Below are positions 11,101 through 24,441 of a stretch of 64,000 nucleotides of DNA, one piece after another. How positions within the stretch are numbered: position 1 is the first letter of the stretch; the number at the start of each line of letters is the position of its first letter. The stretch is from Curvularia clavata (Eukaryota), in assembly GCA_023920165.1 (NCBI GenBank), contig CP089274.1, positions 434,001 through 498,000 on the forward strand, in the 5' to 3' direction. The translations under genes were made by a program, and so were the position numbers. The notes under the pieces are model-generated. The model was given only the letters and a program-made list of their open reading frames with translations. It had not been told where the DNA came from and made no database searches.

Positions 11101-12871
11101 TGTTTCTTCCCTTAAAGCTACGTAGTGTGAAATTTGGAAGAAATAAATTCTTCGCAAAGATCGCGACCACCAGTCGTTACAATATCGGGTCGGAAACATC
11201 AAATAGTCAAATCAAAGTTAGGAAAGGAATCTCACGTCGACCGACATCATGTTTGATTGTGATTCTTTATTTGGCGTACCATAGATCAGCAATTTCATAC
11301 CATGGTGTAAAGCAGATGGACATCATTTTTGTTGCAAATCAGCTGGAGAGACAAAAGGAAGAATATGGATAACTCGCATGATGACAATGCTAAGTACGTG
11401 ATCAAGAAATAGCTGTTTCTATTTATTCTCAGTGATTATCTCGAAATTAGGCATCTTGACTAGATCATCTTGTTTACCGCCAGAACGCAATTTTCGTAAT
11501 TTGTTTTGGAATATGTTTTTACAATACAAAAAGGATGTTAATATTTTAAAAAAAATACCAACTGCGCTATCAAGATTGTGTGGTATATATTTGTTTCCTT
11601 ACCTTTTTAGCCCTTGGGGAATCTTAGGAAATGATTTTTAGATCACTTTGTAAAGCTTTTGCTGTGCCTCACGCGTTTTTTTTTGTTGAACAAGGTCGGT
11701 TCTACTACAACTCGTATTTTTTTCGAGTAAAAGGATACAATCATCTACGATCTCACTCAATATGACTTCTGCTATGACTCAAATTCTCAAATAATTCAAT
11801 ATGAAATAGATCTTTGGGCTTATGCGAAACTCAATTTGTTCCGCGTGTAATGAGTTTTGTTCGTACAGACAGAGGTCTGCTACTAGTTTCGAGGCCCAAT
11901 GTTCGATCCTCACATTCAAAAATACAACCTTGGCAACATTCATGCATTATAAATCAATTTCATTTGACACTGCAACAAGATAGGCTTTGACCAGTCTGGA
12001 GCAAGCTTATTGATAGTAGGGAATACATATAGAGTGGACGGCCGTCGAAACACGTGACTAGTTCGAATTGTTAAGAGAGCAAAGTTACAGTGTATCTGCG
12101 ATCCTGCTAAACTTTGTGAGAAAGCTCTTTTTGGTGTCTAGAAAGGCGACTATGCAATTTTTGGTGGCGCAACAACTTTTTAAGATATCTTGCTCCCCCT
12201 CATGAGCTTAGTATACTTGGGTCACTCATATCGCGAATTGTTCAGCGTGCTGGGTGGCACGATGAATCTCCAACTGTAATACGCGTTTGCATGGATTCAA
12301 TTCTTGTGTGTACGCTTTCTATCCCCACAATCAACAATCCTAGACCGTGAACACGGTTTCCATCTCTCGCGTCGCTTGCAGGCAGCAGATGGCGGTGTAC
12401 ACCCGAGGTTTAGCCGGATGAGCCCCTGGTCATGTTTCAGGGGTTCATCCATCCGCCCAGCCACCAGCCACCACTGACTTTATTGAAAGCCCGGGCTACC
12501 TTAGATCACGACATCGGGATCACCTGAGGCTGGCTTTAGGCGACTGAAGAGAAGTATCCGTCTTCAGCCTCGCTTCTCCTTTGTCAACGCAGCTAAGACT
12601 CATTCCTTGTGATTTGTATTTCGCATCAACACAGTGGGCCGGTCAGACCGGGCTAGGCTTTTCTCAATCGAGTCTTGCACGTATATCGGCATCTTGCGAA
12701 TTAATGGAGGTTCCCACTTTTGGTGTATTACCTAATCTAATCTAACTCCGATCTAAGAGAGTGGGAAAGCGTTTGGTGGTATCAGACCGGACTCCCTGTA
12801 TCACCCAAACAGCAGGTATTTCTACAAATACAAATAGCACATTGTGCCTGCAAACCAGTGCCCTCGACCCT

Positions 12872-14749
12872 TCATTTATCCCCCTCAGCTTCCTTCTCAG
12901 TTTCCGCATCTTTCTCCAGATCCTTGTTTTCTTTGGTGGACGGTCCAGCGCCTTTCTTGATACTCCTCCACTCCACCATGAATGTGGCAATGATCACAAA
13001 AGCGCTGAGCGCTGCTGATAGGATAAAGACTCGAGTCAGGGAATAGCTGTAAGCATCGATTACTGTATCGATCTCGTTGACAGGTACAATCTTGCGTAGG
13101 TCCGTTGCACCAGTGTTGATGACAGCTTGGGTATTGAGATCAGCAATGCCTGAAAGCTGCTTGACAAGCTGTTGGGAGAAGATGTTCTGTCCAACGGCAA
13201 GAAAGATAGCGCCACCTTGTTGCTGCATGAACATGATGTTTGCGATACCCAACGAAACATCCCTCTGTGGTAACACGGTCTGTGCAACTAGGTTGGTTGA
13301 CTGTAAGCCAAAACCGAGTCCTATGCCGAAGAAGATCTGGTAGCCAATCCATTCATTGGAACCGGAGTGAGGTGTTAGCATGGAAAGGAGACCGGCGGCG
13401 ACAGATGTTAAAATAGGCGTCATAAACATGGACGGATTGTAGTATCCGATTTTTTGAGTGATGGCTCCGTTGATGATGCCGGTCAGTACAAGAGATACGA
13501 CCATTGGGATCGTGCGCACACCACCTTGCATGGCCGATTGGCCCTGCGCTGCTTGGAACCAGATTGAGATGTAGTAGAACACGTTCATCATGCTGCCAGA
13601 GATGATGAAGGCGAACAACATGGCTCCAGCCATGCTGCGGTTGCATACGACACGGCGAGGCGCCATTGCTGTCTCTGGCATCTTGAACTCCACGATCAAG
13701 AATGCTATGAAAGTTACAGCGAAAGCAACGAAAAGGCCAATGATCTTTGGTGCCGACCACGGGTCTGTTGTTCCTCCCCACTGTAGCGCAAGAATCAGGC
13801 ACACCATTGAAGGTGCGAAAAACAAGAGACCAATGGGATCGAGCCGTTTAATTTGAGCGAAGATGGACAGGGTAGTCTTTGGCGGAGCTTTGATACGAAG
13901 GAAGAATAGAACAGCAACGAAGGTGAAAGCGCCAATAGGCAGGTTGATGTAAAAACACCAACGCCATCCGAGGCTCCTGTTGAGGAATGAGCATATGTTT
14001 AGCATGGAACTTGAAAAAAAAACCTTACCTGGAATCGGTGAAAGTGCCACCAAGAAAGGGACCAAGAACAGACGATACACCAAAGGCAAGGCCGAAGAGT
14101 CCAGTGAAGACAGGCCTCTTTCGAAGTGGTACAAGCGAGACGGTAACCATAATGGCACCATTACTGATACCAGCAGCGCCAGCACCAGCGATAGTCCTAC
14201 CGATAATCACTGATGATGTGGTTAGCCAATATACCACTGTAAACTTTGGGCAGTCGTTCTCACAAGCTGTAGACGAAGGCGCGGCCCCACAGACCACGCT
14301 TCCTACCTCGAATATGATTATTGAAATTAGGAACGTCCATTTTGTATTGTATATTTGGTACAGCTTCCCGAAGAATGGACCGAAGATGGCACACGCAAGC
14401 ATGTATGCACTGCCATACCATCCGATGTCTGCAATAGAGTCGAAGGTATTTGTGATCGCTGGTATAGCGGTGGCTTCATCATGTTAGGGAAAGAAATTGT
14501 AGTCTGAAGTTGGGGATACTTACCGATGATCATGCGGTCAAGTGCAACGAGGAAGAAGCACATATATATTGAGATAATGATAAGCCAAAACTTGACCGAT
14601 TTGGGGTTAAAATTCTCCTCAGTGTCTGCGTAGTCATTTGAAGTTGAAGCTTGGGATTTCGTAGGCTTTTCCGGTTCGGTGTGTGATGCAGAGCTAGGGG
14701 TAGGAGTTCTTTCCATTGTGGTGTCTGGAACGCCGTTCGTGCGTTTCAT
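12872..14749 (-). CDS. MFS drug/toxin efflux pump (14-TM DHA2 family, AflT/GliA-like), 4 exons
   Basis: Introns 14474-14523, 14210-14263 and 13977-14028 (all GT-AG) join LDRMIIATAIPAITNTF, GSVVCGAAPSS, LIIGRTIAGAG, GPFLGGTFTD and WRWCFYINLPIG, which are typical DHA2 motifs. Confidence 0.9.
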
Positions 14750-15396
14750 TTTGTGGTGTAATGTGTAATACAGTAGCTATCAGTATGAATACAAGAGATC
14801 AGGAATTTTGATATCTCTTATATCCAAATGGTTTCGGTATGCAGATCGATCCGAAAAGGTTGCCTAACTATTCTGGTAGTTTTCGGGAAATAGTAAAACC
14901 CGACGAAAAGCCCCCAAAACGATCTTGAGCCCTTTTCCGATTGACATGAGAATACTGAAGATAGTACATTACATATTAAAATTTATGTGTAATTATAGTC
15001 AAACAAGCCTCACTTGTCGCTGTTGTTGTACATGTGTCGTCAAAGGGTTGATGAATAGTATCAGATCACGTGACTAGATCGGGCGTTTGATTTTCCCGAA
15101 AGTTGCGTTTTCAAGGAGAAACCATTGCCCATTGGCTGGTCACACATGGGCTCAGACGATACCGAATATGAACTGCAGCATCATAGCATCATACTACAGC
15201 GTTTACAGAAAGCGTCATCATTCTCTGTCGCAAGATGTGGTGGATGGGCCACTGAAGCGCGTAATCAGCGCTCAATAAGTCGCTTTGCAGAAAAAGCTAA
15301 AAAATCCTTTTTGAGACGACGAACATGCTGCATATATATTTCATTTTGTCTATAAATTCTATTGTGATTGCAAATGTTGGCAAGCTATCTAGTTGC

Positions 15397-17117
15397 TTAT
15401 GGCATGTTTGGGTTTGGCGGTCCCTTAGCTAACTTGAAGTGGCCTGGGTGCAGGTTTTGAAACACCTGTGCTGGGTCGTACTTCTTACTCACGGAGATAA
15501 GTTTTGCAACATTATCTGCTCCGTAGGTAGCGATTGGATCCATGAATTGAGAAGCGTAATTCATATAGATGTAGTCGTTGTCTACACCTCTCCTCTTTGC
15601 TTCAGCTTTCACCTTCTTAATAATGGTCGAGAAGAACTTGAAGATGGTAGCTTCACCTTCCGCGCTAGCGAACGATGAGCTCATATTCATGATGAAAATT
15701 GGGCCCTTGGCAGGTGAGAGACCTAACGCGTTTCCACCATTCTTTTGCATACCCTTCAATTGACCCTCGGTGATGGGCTGGATCGAGATAGTCGGGAAAG
15801 CGCCCTGGACGCTTTGAACATCGGAGATGAGTGAGTAAAATGTATCGACCAGGAAGGTAAAAAGCTCCCGATCGACCTTGAAAGTAGCATCCCATTGAGT
15901 TTGCAAGGAGCCGAGCGTGTCGTTTGGTGAACCACTATTCAGCTTGATTGTGAGATCGCTGTGGTAACTGATATCCGTATTATCCATAATCGGCGTAAGC
16001 GCGCTGAAGTCAGAAAAGACCGTGGCGTTGGCTACTGGCTGAGCGTAGTGAGTTTGGAGGATGGCAATCTTACCAACACCAGGAAGATTGCCAAAAGATA
16101 CAATCTCAGCAGCATCGGTATCCTTCGAAGACCCAACGGTAGCAAAGTTGAAAACAGCATCGAGGATGGCCTTGAAGTTGTTCTCGGTGAAGATGCGTTG
16201 ACCGCCCCACATCTTGCCTTGGGGGAAAGCATCGAGTTTGAAGTTGGTGACAATACCAAAGTTGTTACCACCCCCGCGAAGAGCCCAGTATAAGTCGGGG
16301 AACTCGGTGGGACTCGCATTCACAACCAGGCCAGACGCTGTGACAACCTCGTAACTCGCAACATTATCACAGGCCCAACCCCGCTTGTTAGAAAAGAACG
16401 AAATACCACCACCAAGTATAAGACCTGGCACGCCGACTGGAGCCATCTATTGCGTTGTTATTAGGTATTTCTCTCATTGTGAAAAAGTGGCTCACCCTGC
16501 CTCCAACGACACTGACACCAGACTGCTCGATCGTCTTGTACACGTCGACCCATCTTGTACCAGGGCCGACATTGGCATATTTCTTGTCATTTGAAACGGA
16601 CACCTGATTCAAGCGCTCCATGGAGACAGTTATGCCTCCCTCAATACTAGATGCCCCAGCAAAAGCGGCATGGCCACCGCCTTTCACAGCAAATGGACAT
16701 TGAGTCAACCGAGAAATCAGTACCAATGAGGACACCTCGATCGTGTTTGATGGCTTGAATACACATCTTGGGTTCACAGAACCTTGCTGGATACTCCAGT
16801 AGGCGCCAGTAAACGCATCGTATGCAGTCGAGTTTTCTGATAGAAGCTTATCGCTACCGTAGATAAGCTTCAAGGATGAGCACTTGTAGTTGGTCAGCAA
16901 ATTCGAGGTATAGAGCAGTCTTTTATTGAAAACCTACAGCGGTGGAGCACCCGCTCACGGGCGATCGTCCCGTTAAGGCAGCCAGCTCAGGGATGGCAGA
17001 GACGTTGACACCATTTGATATCAACGCTTTGGTGACATTGAAGTCTTCCGGCTCAAAGACACCTGTCTGTGCCGAGACAACTGCAACAAGGGCACTTAGC
17101 TGAAAGAGGCCCTTCAT
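15397..17117 (-). CDS. Secreted FAD-linked oxidoreductase (berberine-bridge/6-hydroxy-D-nicotine oxidase-like), 3 exons
   Basis: Signal peptide MKGLFQLSALVAVVSA. Introns 16883-16937 and 16447-16495. FAD motifs FAVKGGGH, VGVPGLILGGG and DLYWALRGGGNNFGIVT; C-terminal YMNYA...KYDP. Confidence 0.9.
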
Positions 17118-18466
17118 GTTGGAACTGGTAGGAGAGTCGAAGGAAGCCAGGCAGTTCCAAGATACCCAAATCCATGTGGCGCAGTGAGGGTTTAATTTAT
17201 TGCTGGCTGTTAAAGTTGGGGAAGGTTCCGCGGAAGACGATTGGGCTGCATGCGGGGCTCATCTCGGTTGCGATCTTGTGCTTTAGACATGGGACGAACA
17301 ATTACCGGGTCAGTTAGAGGCGAGGTTTACAATGTTCAACGGCGGTGGCGGAGCTTCGGCCTTGGTCGCACCTAGGTAAGTTAGTAGTGCTGCACAGGGA
17401 ATCCTTCGCAGCACCAACATTGCAGATCCGTTGCATATGTTCCTGCGTGTTGGTCTCATATAATTTGGTCTCGACCCTGATACAGGAAATTCTACCTTCC
17501 AATCTCAGGTGACAGTCAAGAGACGGGAGCGGAGCGCAGCGGGACGGGAGGTAAATCAAGCCGAAGGCGACATCCTCAGCTGCCAAGGGACCCCGAATGC
17601 CAAGCATTCCCTCAACGCGACAACCACACCACACAACGTCGGGCCGTCACCTGAATCCATGGCATCTTGCCTCGCTTAGCATGTTGGCATCCTCCTCTGT
17701 GAGCCGCTCATGAATCCCGGTGGCTAATTATCCAATGACATGCCCAACTGTGACCCAGCGGCGTGGTCAGCAAGAATCCGGCTGCCCCATCAGGCGTCTA
17801 TTCCCGCAATTAATTCCTTGTCGCATGCTTTAGTCAATGCGGATTCGAAAATAGGACGGCTCACCAAGCGGACCCTCTTGGGATGGTCTTGGGTCCAAGG
17901 ACATGTTCCTATCTCTCTGAGTTCATTAGGGACTCACGTCAATGTCATATTGGTAATAGTTCTCAGGAGGGTTGTTCCTTCTATTCTGTGGAGAACGCGA
18001 CATGAGAAACGACACCGAGTAGGTAAAAGCGGCACAGCCGGCACTTAGTTGACGCCCATATCATATAATGACCGCCACAGCAATCTCCCTCCTTAACGAC
18101 AATCCTTCTCATGCATTCATGTTTTACTCTAAACCTTTTTAGGAAAGGCCCAGAGAATCATTGGTTCTGGACTCTGCATACGCCTGGGTTGTCTAGAGAA
18201 TACGAGTGGAAGACTGTTGGATGGATCCTTGCACAACTAACAAAGATGGCGGTCGACTTCCAATAAGACCCTCATATGATGGCAGCTTTCCCAGCTCTTC
18301 CGAAAAGGTACCATCCTTTGGCTTGCATGTCAGTTTTGGATACGGAAGGTTCCGCAACCCCAAGTTCCAAGATACGCAGCCCAACACCCCCATAAACACC
18401 CCACTTGTTCGTTAGCCCTGATACTAAGTATGAGACGTCCAACTGCCAACTTTGAGGCTACCTCCA

Positions 18467-19686
18467 ATGTCTGCGGCGCAAAAAACTCCCATCACCAGGG
18501 ACGAGCTGGTGCGCACAAACGCAGCCATGCTCGTCCTGACTTCGTTATTCATCTTGTCACGTGCGGTCCTCCAAGTTGTTAAACGCAGGCCTTTCGAACT
18601 GCCAGACTTTTTTATTCACCTTGCCTTCGCTATTTTTGTCTCCATGTGGACTTGCTACATCCTCACCATTCCTCCTATGTTCCGAGTATTCGACGTGCTT
18701 GGCGGCCTGGCTCGCCCGTATGTTACAATGCTGGACGATGCCGCAGCCATGCTCAGGTTGCTCACATCTGCCCAGATGTGTTTTTATACACTTCTATTTT
18801 GCGTGAAGATGTCTCTTTTGACACTTTACCGAAAGCTTTTGACTGGCATGCCGACTGTCTACAACAAGATATGGTGGAGTACCGTAACGTTCTGCGTTGT
18901 GGTAGGTAGCTGTTCCGGCAACTTCCAGGCGTTGCCATTGGTGCTGATATGACTACAGTCATGGATCGGCAGTGTATTCACTAGTATCTTTACATGCGAT
19001 AATCTCAACGAGAAGTTCTCAAAAGGAAAATGCGGAGGGACATCAAATGAGCAACAAAGGATCATATTCAGCCTCTATTTTGCGTACTCGGTAGACGTGG
19101 CTACTGACCTGGCGAGTACGTCTAGAAGTTGAATGCAGCCATGGACAAACTTGCTAACACTGTCAGTCATGTTCCTTCCTTTACGCCTCACGTGGAACTT
19201 GCAGATGCCCAAGAGGGAAAAGATTGGCATCTTCATATTATTTGGCAGCGGCTTTATCTGCATAGCTTTCGCCACACTCCGCGTTATACGCCTAGGCGTT
19301 GATGATCACGGAAAAGCTACTATGCCAGAACCTAAATGGTTGATATTATGGACTGTGGTAGAGTGCGCGATGGGTACGTCATCTCAGGGCGAACTTGGTC
19401 AGATCTACTATATGTATCACTAACAAAGAATGTAGCGATCATCATTGGATGTTCTCCCGCTTTTGCAAGCCTCATCCGTCAGCGACTAGGCACGCCAGAA
19501 CCATCATACGATACCCAAGGCTACGTCAAACATGGGAGCAATGACGTGAAGCTGAGAAACATTGCTTCATCTCCAAAGCGGCCCAGGCACGGCGATCTAG
19601 ATGCTTATGGAGACGATTTGCACAGTAGCCAGGAAGAGCTCACCAAAAATATTGAGCGAATCACGATCGAGCGGACTGTTCACTAG
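18467..19686 (+). CDS. PTH11-like (fungal rhodopsin-domain) integral membrane protein without CFEM, 4 exons
   Basis: Introns 18902-18958, 19116-19166 and 19374-19435. Motifs KMSLLTLYRKL, DVATDLAIMFLPL, LQMPKREKIGIFILFGSG and WTVVECAMAIIIGC-P. Confidence 0.85.
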
Positions 19687-20397
19687 ACCCATCGGGTATC
19701 AAAGCAAAACTCAAAACACACAGCGCCAGCAGTTTGTGGTGTACCAGATCACACATCAAAAAGGATGAACGAGGCGTGGTGCAAAAACTATTCGGGCATG
19801 TATCAATTCACCTAATATGAAGCATGCATGGATATGGCTGAATATCATGGCCCCACACCAATGGCGTCGTTCCGTTTCTCTTTCGTAACATCTATCTCGA
19901 GAAACAACGTCCCCGATGTTTTTGCGGCGTGTTTATATGATCTTTTCTATGTTCCGTATAAAGCTGGGAAGCTTGAGGGCACTGTTTCGGAACGAGCTGT
20001 TCGAAAAAAACACCACCACATAACCAAGATTGTGAGCTACTATATCGGCTTCTTCGAGACTAGGTTCGGAATAGGATGCTATTATACCCTGCTAGCCGTG
20101 CTCAGAAAAAGCTTGCTTGGCGGAGAAATGAGATATACGTCAATCTTCACGACACAAAAAGAAGGCACCAATAATGAATAGAAACAGCATCTTCTTTGCC
20201 ATCCAATGCAGGCTACCCTGCAGTTTGGACTTGGTATACTACAGCTCTCCCCCAAAATCTTCCTACTATTCTCTCATGTCAATTCGGACAGATCTTTAGA
20301 TGACAAACATATATGCGCCTTCTTCACTCTTGATTTCCCATCCCGTTGCTGCTTCCAAAGCATAAAGTACAATTCGAGTTGTGCGTAGGAAAATCAT

Positions 20398-20748
20398 TTA
20401 AGCACCCTGCCTGCGACGGCAGAGAGGGCGGCCCCTCTCGAGGGTGTTGGGGTCGCAAGTCAGCCTGCTATCCTCGATGCAGGTCAATTGTGCGCCGCCT
20501 GTAATACATTGATTAGGTTCTTGACTTTCTTTTCCCAGTTTTTCAATCTCTTTAGACTTACAGTTGTTGATGCTGTCAGGAACGCAGCGACCACTCTGGC
20601 CGTTGACGTTGCAAACATCCTGCTTCAAACTTGTGTTCGCGACGCAGCAAGCGCCGTTAGGAACAGGGCGGTTGGCATTGGGACCCTGAGGCATAGCAAC
20701 CGCAAGAGCGGAGATGGCGAGAACAATTGCAGAGGTGGTGAACTTCAT
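20398..20748 (-). CDS. Small secreted cysteine-rich protein (95 aa after splicing, 8 Cys), effector candidate
   Basis: Signal peptide MKFTTSAIVLAISALAVA. In-frame 63-nt GTAAGT...CAG intron at 20499-20561. Mature GACCVANTSLKQDVCNVNGQSGRCVPDSINNCGAQLTCIEDSRLTCDPNTLERGRPLCRRRQGA. Confidence 0.85.
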   Translation of the reverse strand: MKFTTSAIVLAISALAVAMPQGPNANRPVPNGACCVANTSLKQDVCNVNGQSGRCVPDSINNCKSKEIEKLGKESQEPNQCITGGAQLTCIEDSRLTCDPNTLERGRPLCRRRQGA

Positions 20749-21648
20749 TTTGAGTATGTTGTTGGAATGGGTTTTGTGAGGTAATAATGTTTATGTCAAG
20801 AAAATGGATTATGAGTTGAAGACCGACCGGCGGAAGAGGAAAGAATTGAAACAGCGAAGAGCAGAAAAGAGTAGTAGAGAAGGCTGTAGTTGAAGATGCT
20901 GATGAGGCAAATCCCCAGGCGGTCCAAGGCACTTCTTATACGCCTGAGCAATGGCTGAAGCTCCCTCGGCAACGACTCACGATGCATTGTTGGATGCGCC
21001 GCAACACCCGTTCGCAGCTTGCTTTCAGGCGCGGAATGCCCGCCAAGGGCAGATATCGAGACAATCAAGACAAACACAAAACAATCCGTTCGGCTGCGAC
21101 GGCCTAAAGGATACGGCGCAGTAACCTCATGCAGCCTGCAGAAACCTGTGCATGAGCGAGCGCAAGCCATGCCGCTCAGGCGTCTTTACTGGAAAGAGAT
21201 ATCACGATACGCAGATCATACAGGAAATCCAGCAGGTTAGAACTTGGCCCTTCTTTCATTCTTCGAGACGTGGAGAATGTAAGTGGGAGGGGTCTAGATA
21301 TGAAACTGTTATGCTGTTTGGGTGGCGGGTTTGAAACGCTAGTTTCCGCCGCACCTACCACCAGAACAGCGGGCGACTGCTGTAACCGACTTTTCTATCC
21401 ACCAATCTGCTGCAGTCTTTAGGGCGGACCTGGAAGAACATCACTCACACTATGGTCTTGCGACCAAACACATGTAAAAGGGGGATTTTATGCCAAACAC
21501 AACTTCGACCCTGTAAATTCCCGATCATGTAACAATACTTCTCATTCTGAAAATGTTCCAATCTTACCTATCCTCTATCCTTCTACTCTTCTGAAGCCAG
21601 CCTCTTCATTCGAGCACACAATCTAAGCTTCAAACATGACACAACACA

Positions 21649-23214
21649 TCAGAGAAGGTAAAACTCTCCCTCCGCTCCCTCTTCGACGACCAAGGTATCG
21701 ATGATGAGATACATGTCCAGCTCCTCATTCGACAGAAGCTCCTCCTTCTGCATCTTGCTCAATGCCCCTTTGTTCCGCAGCCTCTGTGGAACGTGACTCT
21801 CATGGACCCGCCACTTCAGAGGCCTGATTTCCTCGCTGAACCATTTAGCGAAAACAGCTATGTAGTCATCAATCTTGGGCTTCTTGTGAGGATCCGGCCC
21901 TACACGCGAGATATAGCCATGCATCTTATAGGCCGCATCGAATAGGCGTCTTTCATGGGAAGGGATCTGTGATACAAATGCCTTGCTCACAGAGATGAGG
22001 TCCAGCCCATGGAAGATGGCATTCACCTCTGTGTGCCGACCAGGACCCACCCTCGCAGACAAGACGCAGCTCAAGCCGTTGAGGAGCCATGCGTAGGCCG
22101 ATAGCTGCGGCCGTACGCCTTGTTGTTGCAGAAGTCCCTGGAAGGTTGGAGACAAATGCCTATCAATAATCTTCTGTGCACTTGGGAAGAGCCAATCAGT
22201 ACAGGTGATCATGCGATGAACCATGAGGTTCGCGGAACTAGCGCACATGACAATCATATCGAAAGTCGGATCTTTGGGGGCTGTGCCGTTGGCCCAGCCG
22301 CCCCATGGAGTTCGGTCGTGACGATGCATGTTGACGACCATGCAACGAGCTTGCTCATACAGCTTCGGCACACATGCGGCCATACCTTGCCTTGCCTTCG
22401 TGTCAGCCATAGAGATCAGATCCATGATGTGGATAATGACCTCAGAGAATGTGCCTTCGCTAACTACATCGCGCGGAAGGGGGATTGATGCCTCGATACT
22501 CCGAGCTTGTTGTTCGTCTACGTTTCCGATGACTGATATCTCATTGAGAGGACCGTGAAGCCTGCGGAACTCCTCCAAACAGCTCTTAATGACAGAACAA
22601 GGATATCCTTCATTCACATGGATGAGAACGCTAAGACCATGCTTCCCGCGCTCGACACGGAACTCTTCGTTGGTGTGAGTGTTCTTGAATGGAGCGCCGT
22701 GTAGTAGGCGTGGCACGTTTGCAAGCTCAGTTATCCTCAGAGCTGTGACAAATTCGCTGATTTGACTGGCTGGCAACAGAAAGATTTGACGAGGATTCTC
22801 GCTCTTGGAGAAAATCCTCGTCCTGTGATGCGTGAATGCCGAGGCCCTTGTGTATGGCTTGATGCGAATGTGCATCATTCCAGACGGTAGATCCTGGGCT
22901 GATTCCGGATCAACTGCAATCATCTCTAGCACCGGAGAGGCCCAGAGAGTCAAAAGATAGGCTTCGTCCATGTCTACTAGGACCCACTTGTTAGCCTGAT
23001 CAAGCACGCTCTTCCCGAGCACATGCAGCTTCTTGCTGACACGAAGTACTTGTGGCTGAATGTTCGGATTGAAGGCATACCTTAGCAGATAATTCCGCGA
23101 TCGTAGTTGAGTCATGGAGCCATCGGTCTTGTGCAGAGCTAAAAGCTCCTCCATGATCTGGGAAGAGACCTCGGTTGGCAGTAAGTCAAGACGATTGAGG
23201 CTTTGAGAATTCAT
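21649..23214 (-). CDS. Hypothetical protein with an F-box-like N-terminal motif
   Basis: Intronless 521-aa ORF. N-terminal LDLLPTEVSSQIMEELL and QVLRVSKKLH resemble the fungal F-box-like L-P-x-E-[IV]...LLRV[CS][KR] pattern. Confidence 0.65.
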   Translation of the reverse strand: MNSQSLNRLDLLPTEVSSQIMEELLALHKTDGSMTQLRSRNYLLRYAFNPNIQPQVLRVSKKLHVLGKSVLDQANKWVLVDMDEAYLLTLWASPVLEMIAVDPESAQDLPSGMMHIRIKPYTRASAFTHHRTRIFSKSENPRQIFLLPASQISEFVTALRITELANVPRLLHGAPFKNTHTNEEFRVERGKHGLSVLIHVNEGYPCSVIKSCLEEFRRLHGPLNEISVIGNVDEQQARSIEASIPLPRDVVSEGTFSEVIIHIMDLISMADTKARQGMAACVPKLYEQARCMVVNMHRHDRTPWGGWANGTAPKDPTFDMIVMCASSANLMVHRMITCTDWLFPSAQKIIDRHLSPTFQGLLQQQGVRPQLSAYAWLLNGLSCVLSARVGPGRHTEVNAIFHGLDLISVSKAFVSQIPSHERRLFDAAYKMHGYISRVGPDPHKKPKIDDYIAVFAKWFSEEIRPLKWRVHESHVPQRLRNKGALSKMQKEELLSNEELDMYLIIDTLVVEEGAEGEFYLL

Positions 23215-24441
23215 CTTTGTTGGTTTGAAGGAATTTGATCAAAACAGTTGTTGTTAATGTGTTGTCGAGGAAAGTAGGCTGGAACAATTCTTTTGGTTTT
23301 ATAGTGAAAATCGTAGACTAACGGTACATTGTTAAGCCAAAGTATTAGCAGCACAGCGAGAGACATTGTGTCGGAGTAGTGAACAGTCCTCACTTGAATA
23401 AACCACAATGTATCTGAGATAATGCGAGAGCTGGGTACCTTCCCGGCTCAGGATTAAAAGGAAATAGAGAAGAATTGTAATTACCAACTTCAGTATTATC
23501 CGCCGTTTTGTAGGTATCCCGAGACACAATGCAGGTACTTGGACTTCAAAACAATTCTATCAGCCAAAAAATCTACTCGGTGTATTCATTTGATGCAGGT
23601 AAATATTCATATACTGGCCATGCCGCGTTGATTACCTATGAACAGAAGGGGTGTTCTAATCCGTCATTCAGTACACATCAATCCGTAGCGACGCAGTTCG
23701 CATAGTGCTGCATGTTAATTCCGGAAACCTCTTCACCAACTCGTTCTCAGACTTGGCTGAGGATATTCCGGCTCCTATAGATGGGAGCGCTGCTGTAGCA
23801 GGCACAATTATGTAATGTTGTACCCTGGTGGGTACCCGAAGCACGAGTGAGCGAGCCATCACGTGATTGAAACTAATTGTCAGCTGGGGATAAACATTAC
23901 GTTACAGCAGTCTGGTCAGCATCAGCGGATGTGGCTGTGCATCAAAGCCGGCTCACGCATCATCTTTCCGTAAGATACGACTCCTAGCACTCGAGATGAG
24001 ACTGGCTGCGCACTTCGAGCCCAGGTTGCAGAGGGCGAACAAATGAGATGCAGCCTCTGAGGTGCGCTAGGTCCATTCGCTTCTGGAACCAGACGCCCAG
24101 ACTCTACGCGTAGCCCGACGCATCCACTCTACTGACCACTCCAACCATTGGTGGTGAGCTATGCGCATCGATGGCGCAAGACTCGTGACGCAGGACTCGT
24201 GACGCAGGACTCAGCTCTTGGCTTCGCAGTTGTGAGCACCCCTCGACCGGCAAATCCTTCCTGTTGCGAGCTTTTGCTAATGCCAGGATAAGCACTGCGG
24301 CGGAAACTATGCTGTTTTTATGTTGTATTGGCCACACACTGTCTAGAATTGTTATGAGTGTATTGACGCGACATGGCAGTTTCACACGACGGGAACATAT
24401 ACGTACTATGTGAATCTGTTACTATACTGTGCATCCAATCA

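Noticed and set aside
12051..15077. cacgtgactag present on both sides of the MFS gene (12051 and 15067), considered as a target-site duplication
   Set aside because: Many 11-mer matches are expected by chance in 64 kb, it includes a common E-box, and there are no terminal inverted repeats.
20398..20748. Hydrophobin call for the 8-Cys secreted protein
   Set aside because: It lacks the C-CC-C-C-CC-C arrangement, having only one CC doublet.
24180..24212. 14-bp tandem duplication gactcgtgacgcag x2
   Set aside because: Isolated slippage-type duplication in intergenic DNA with no associated element.
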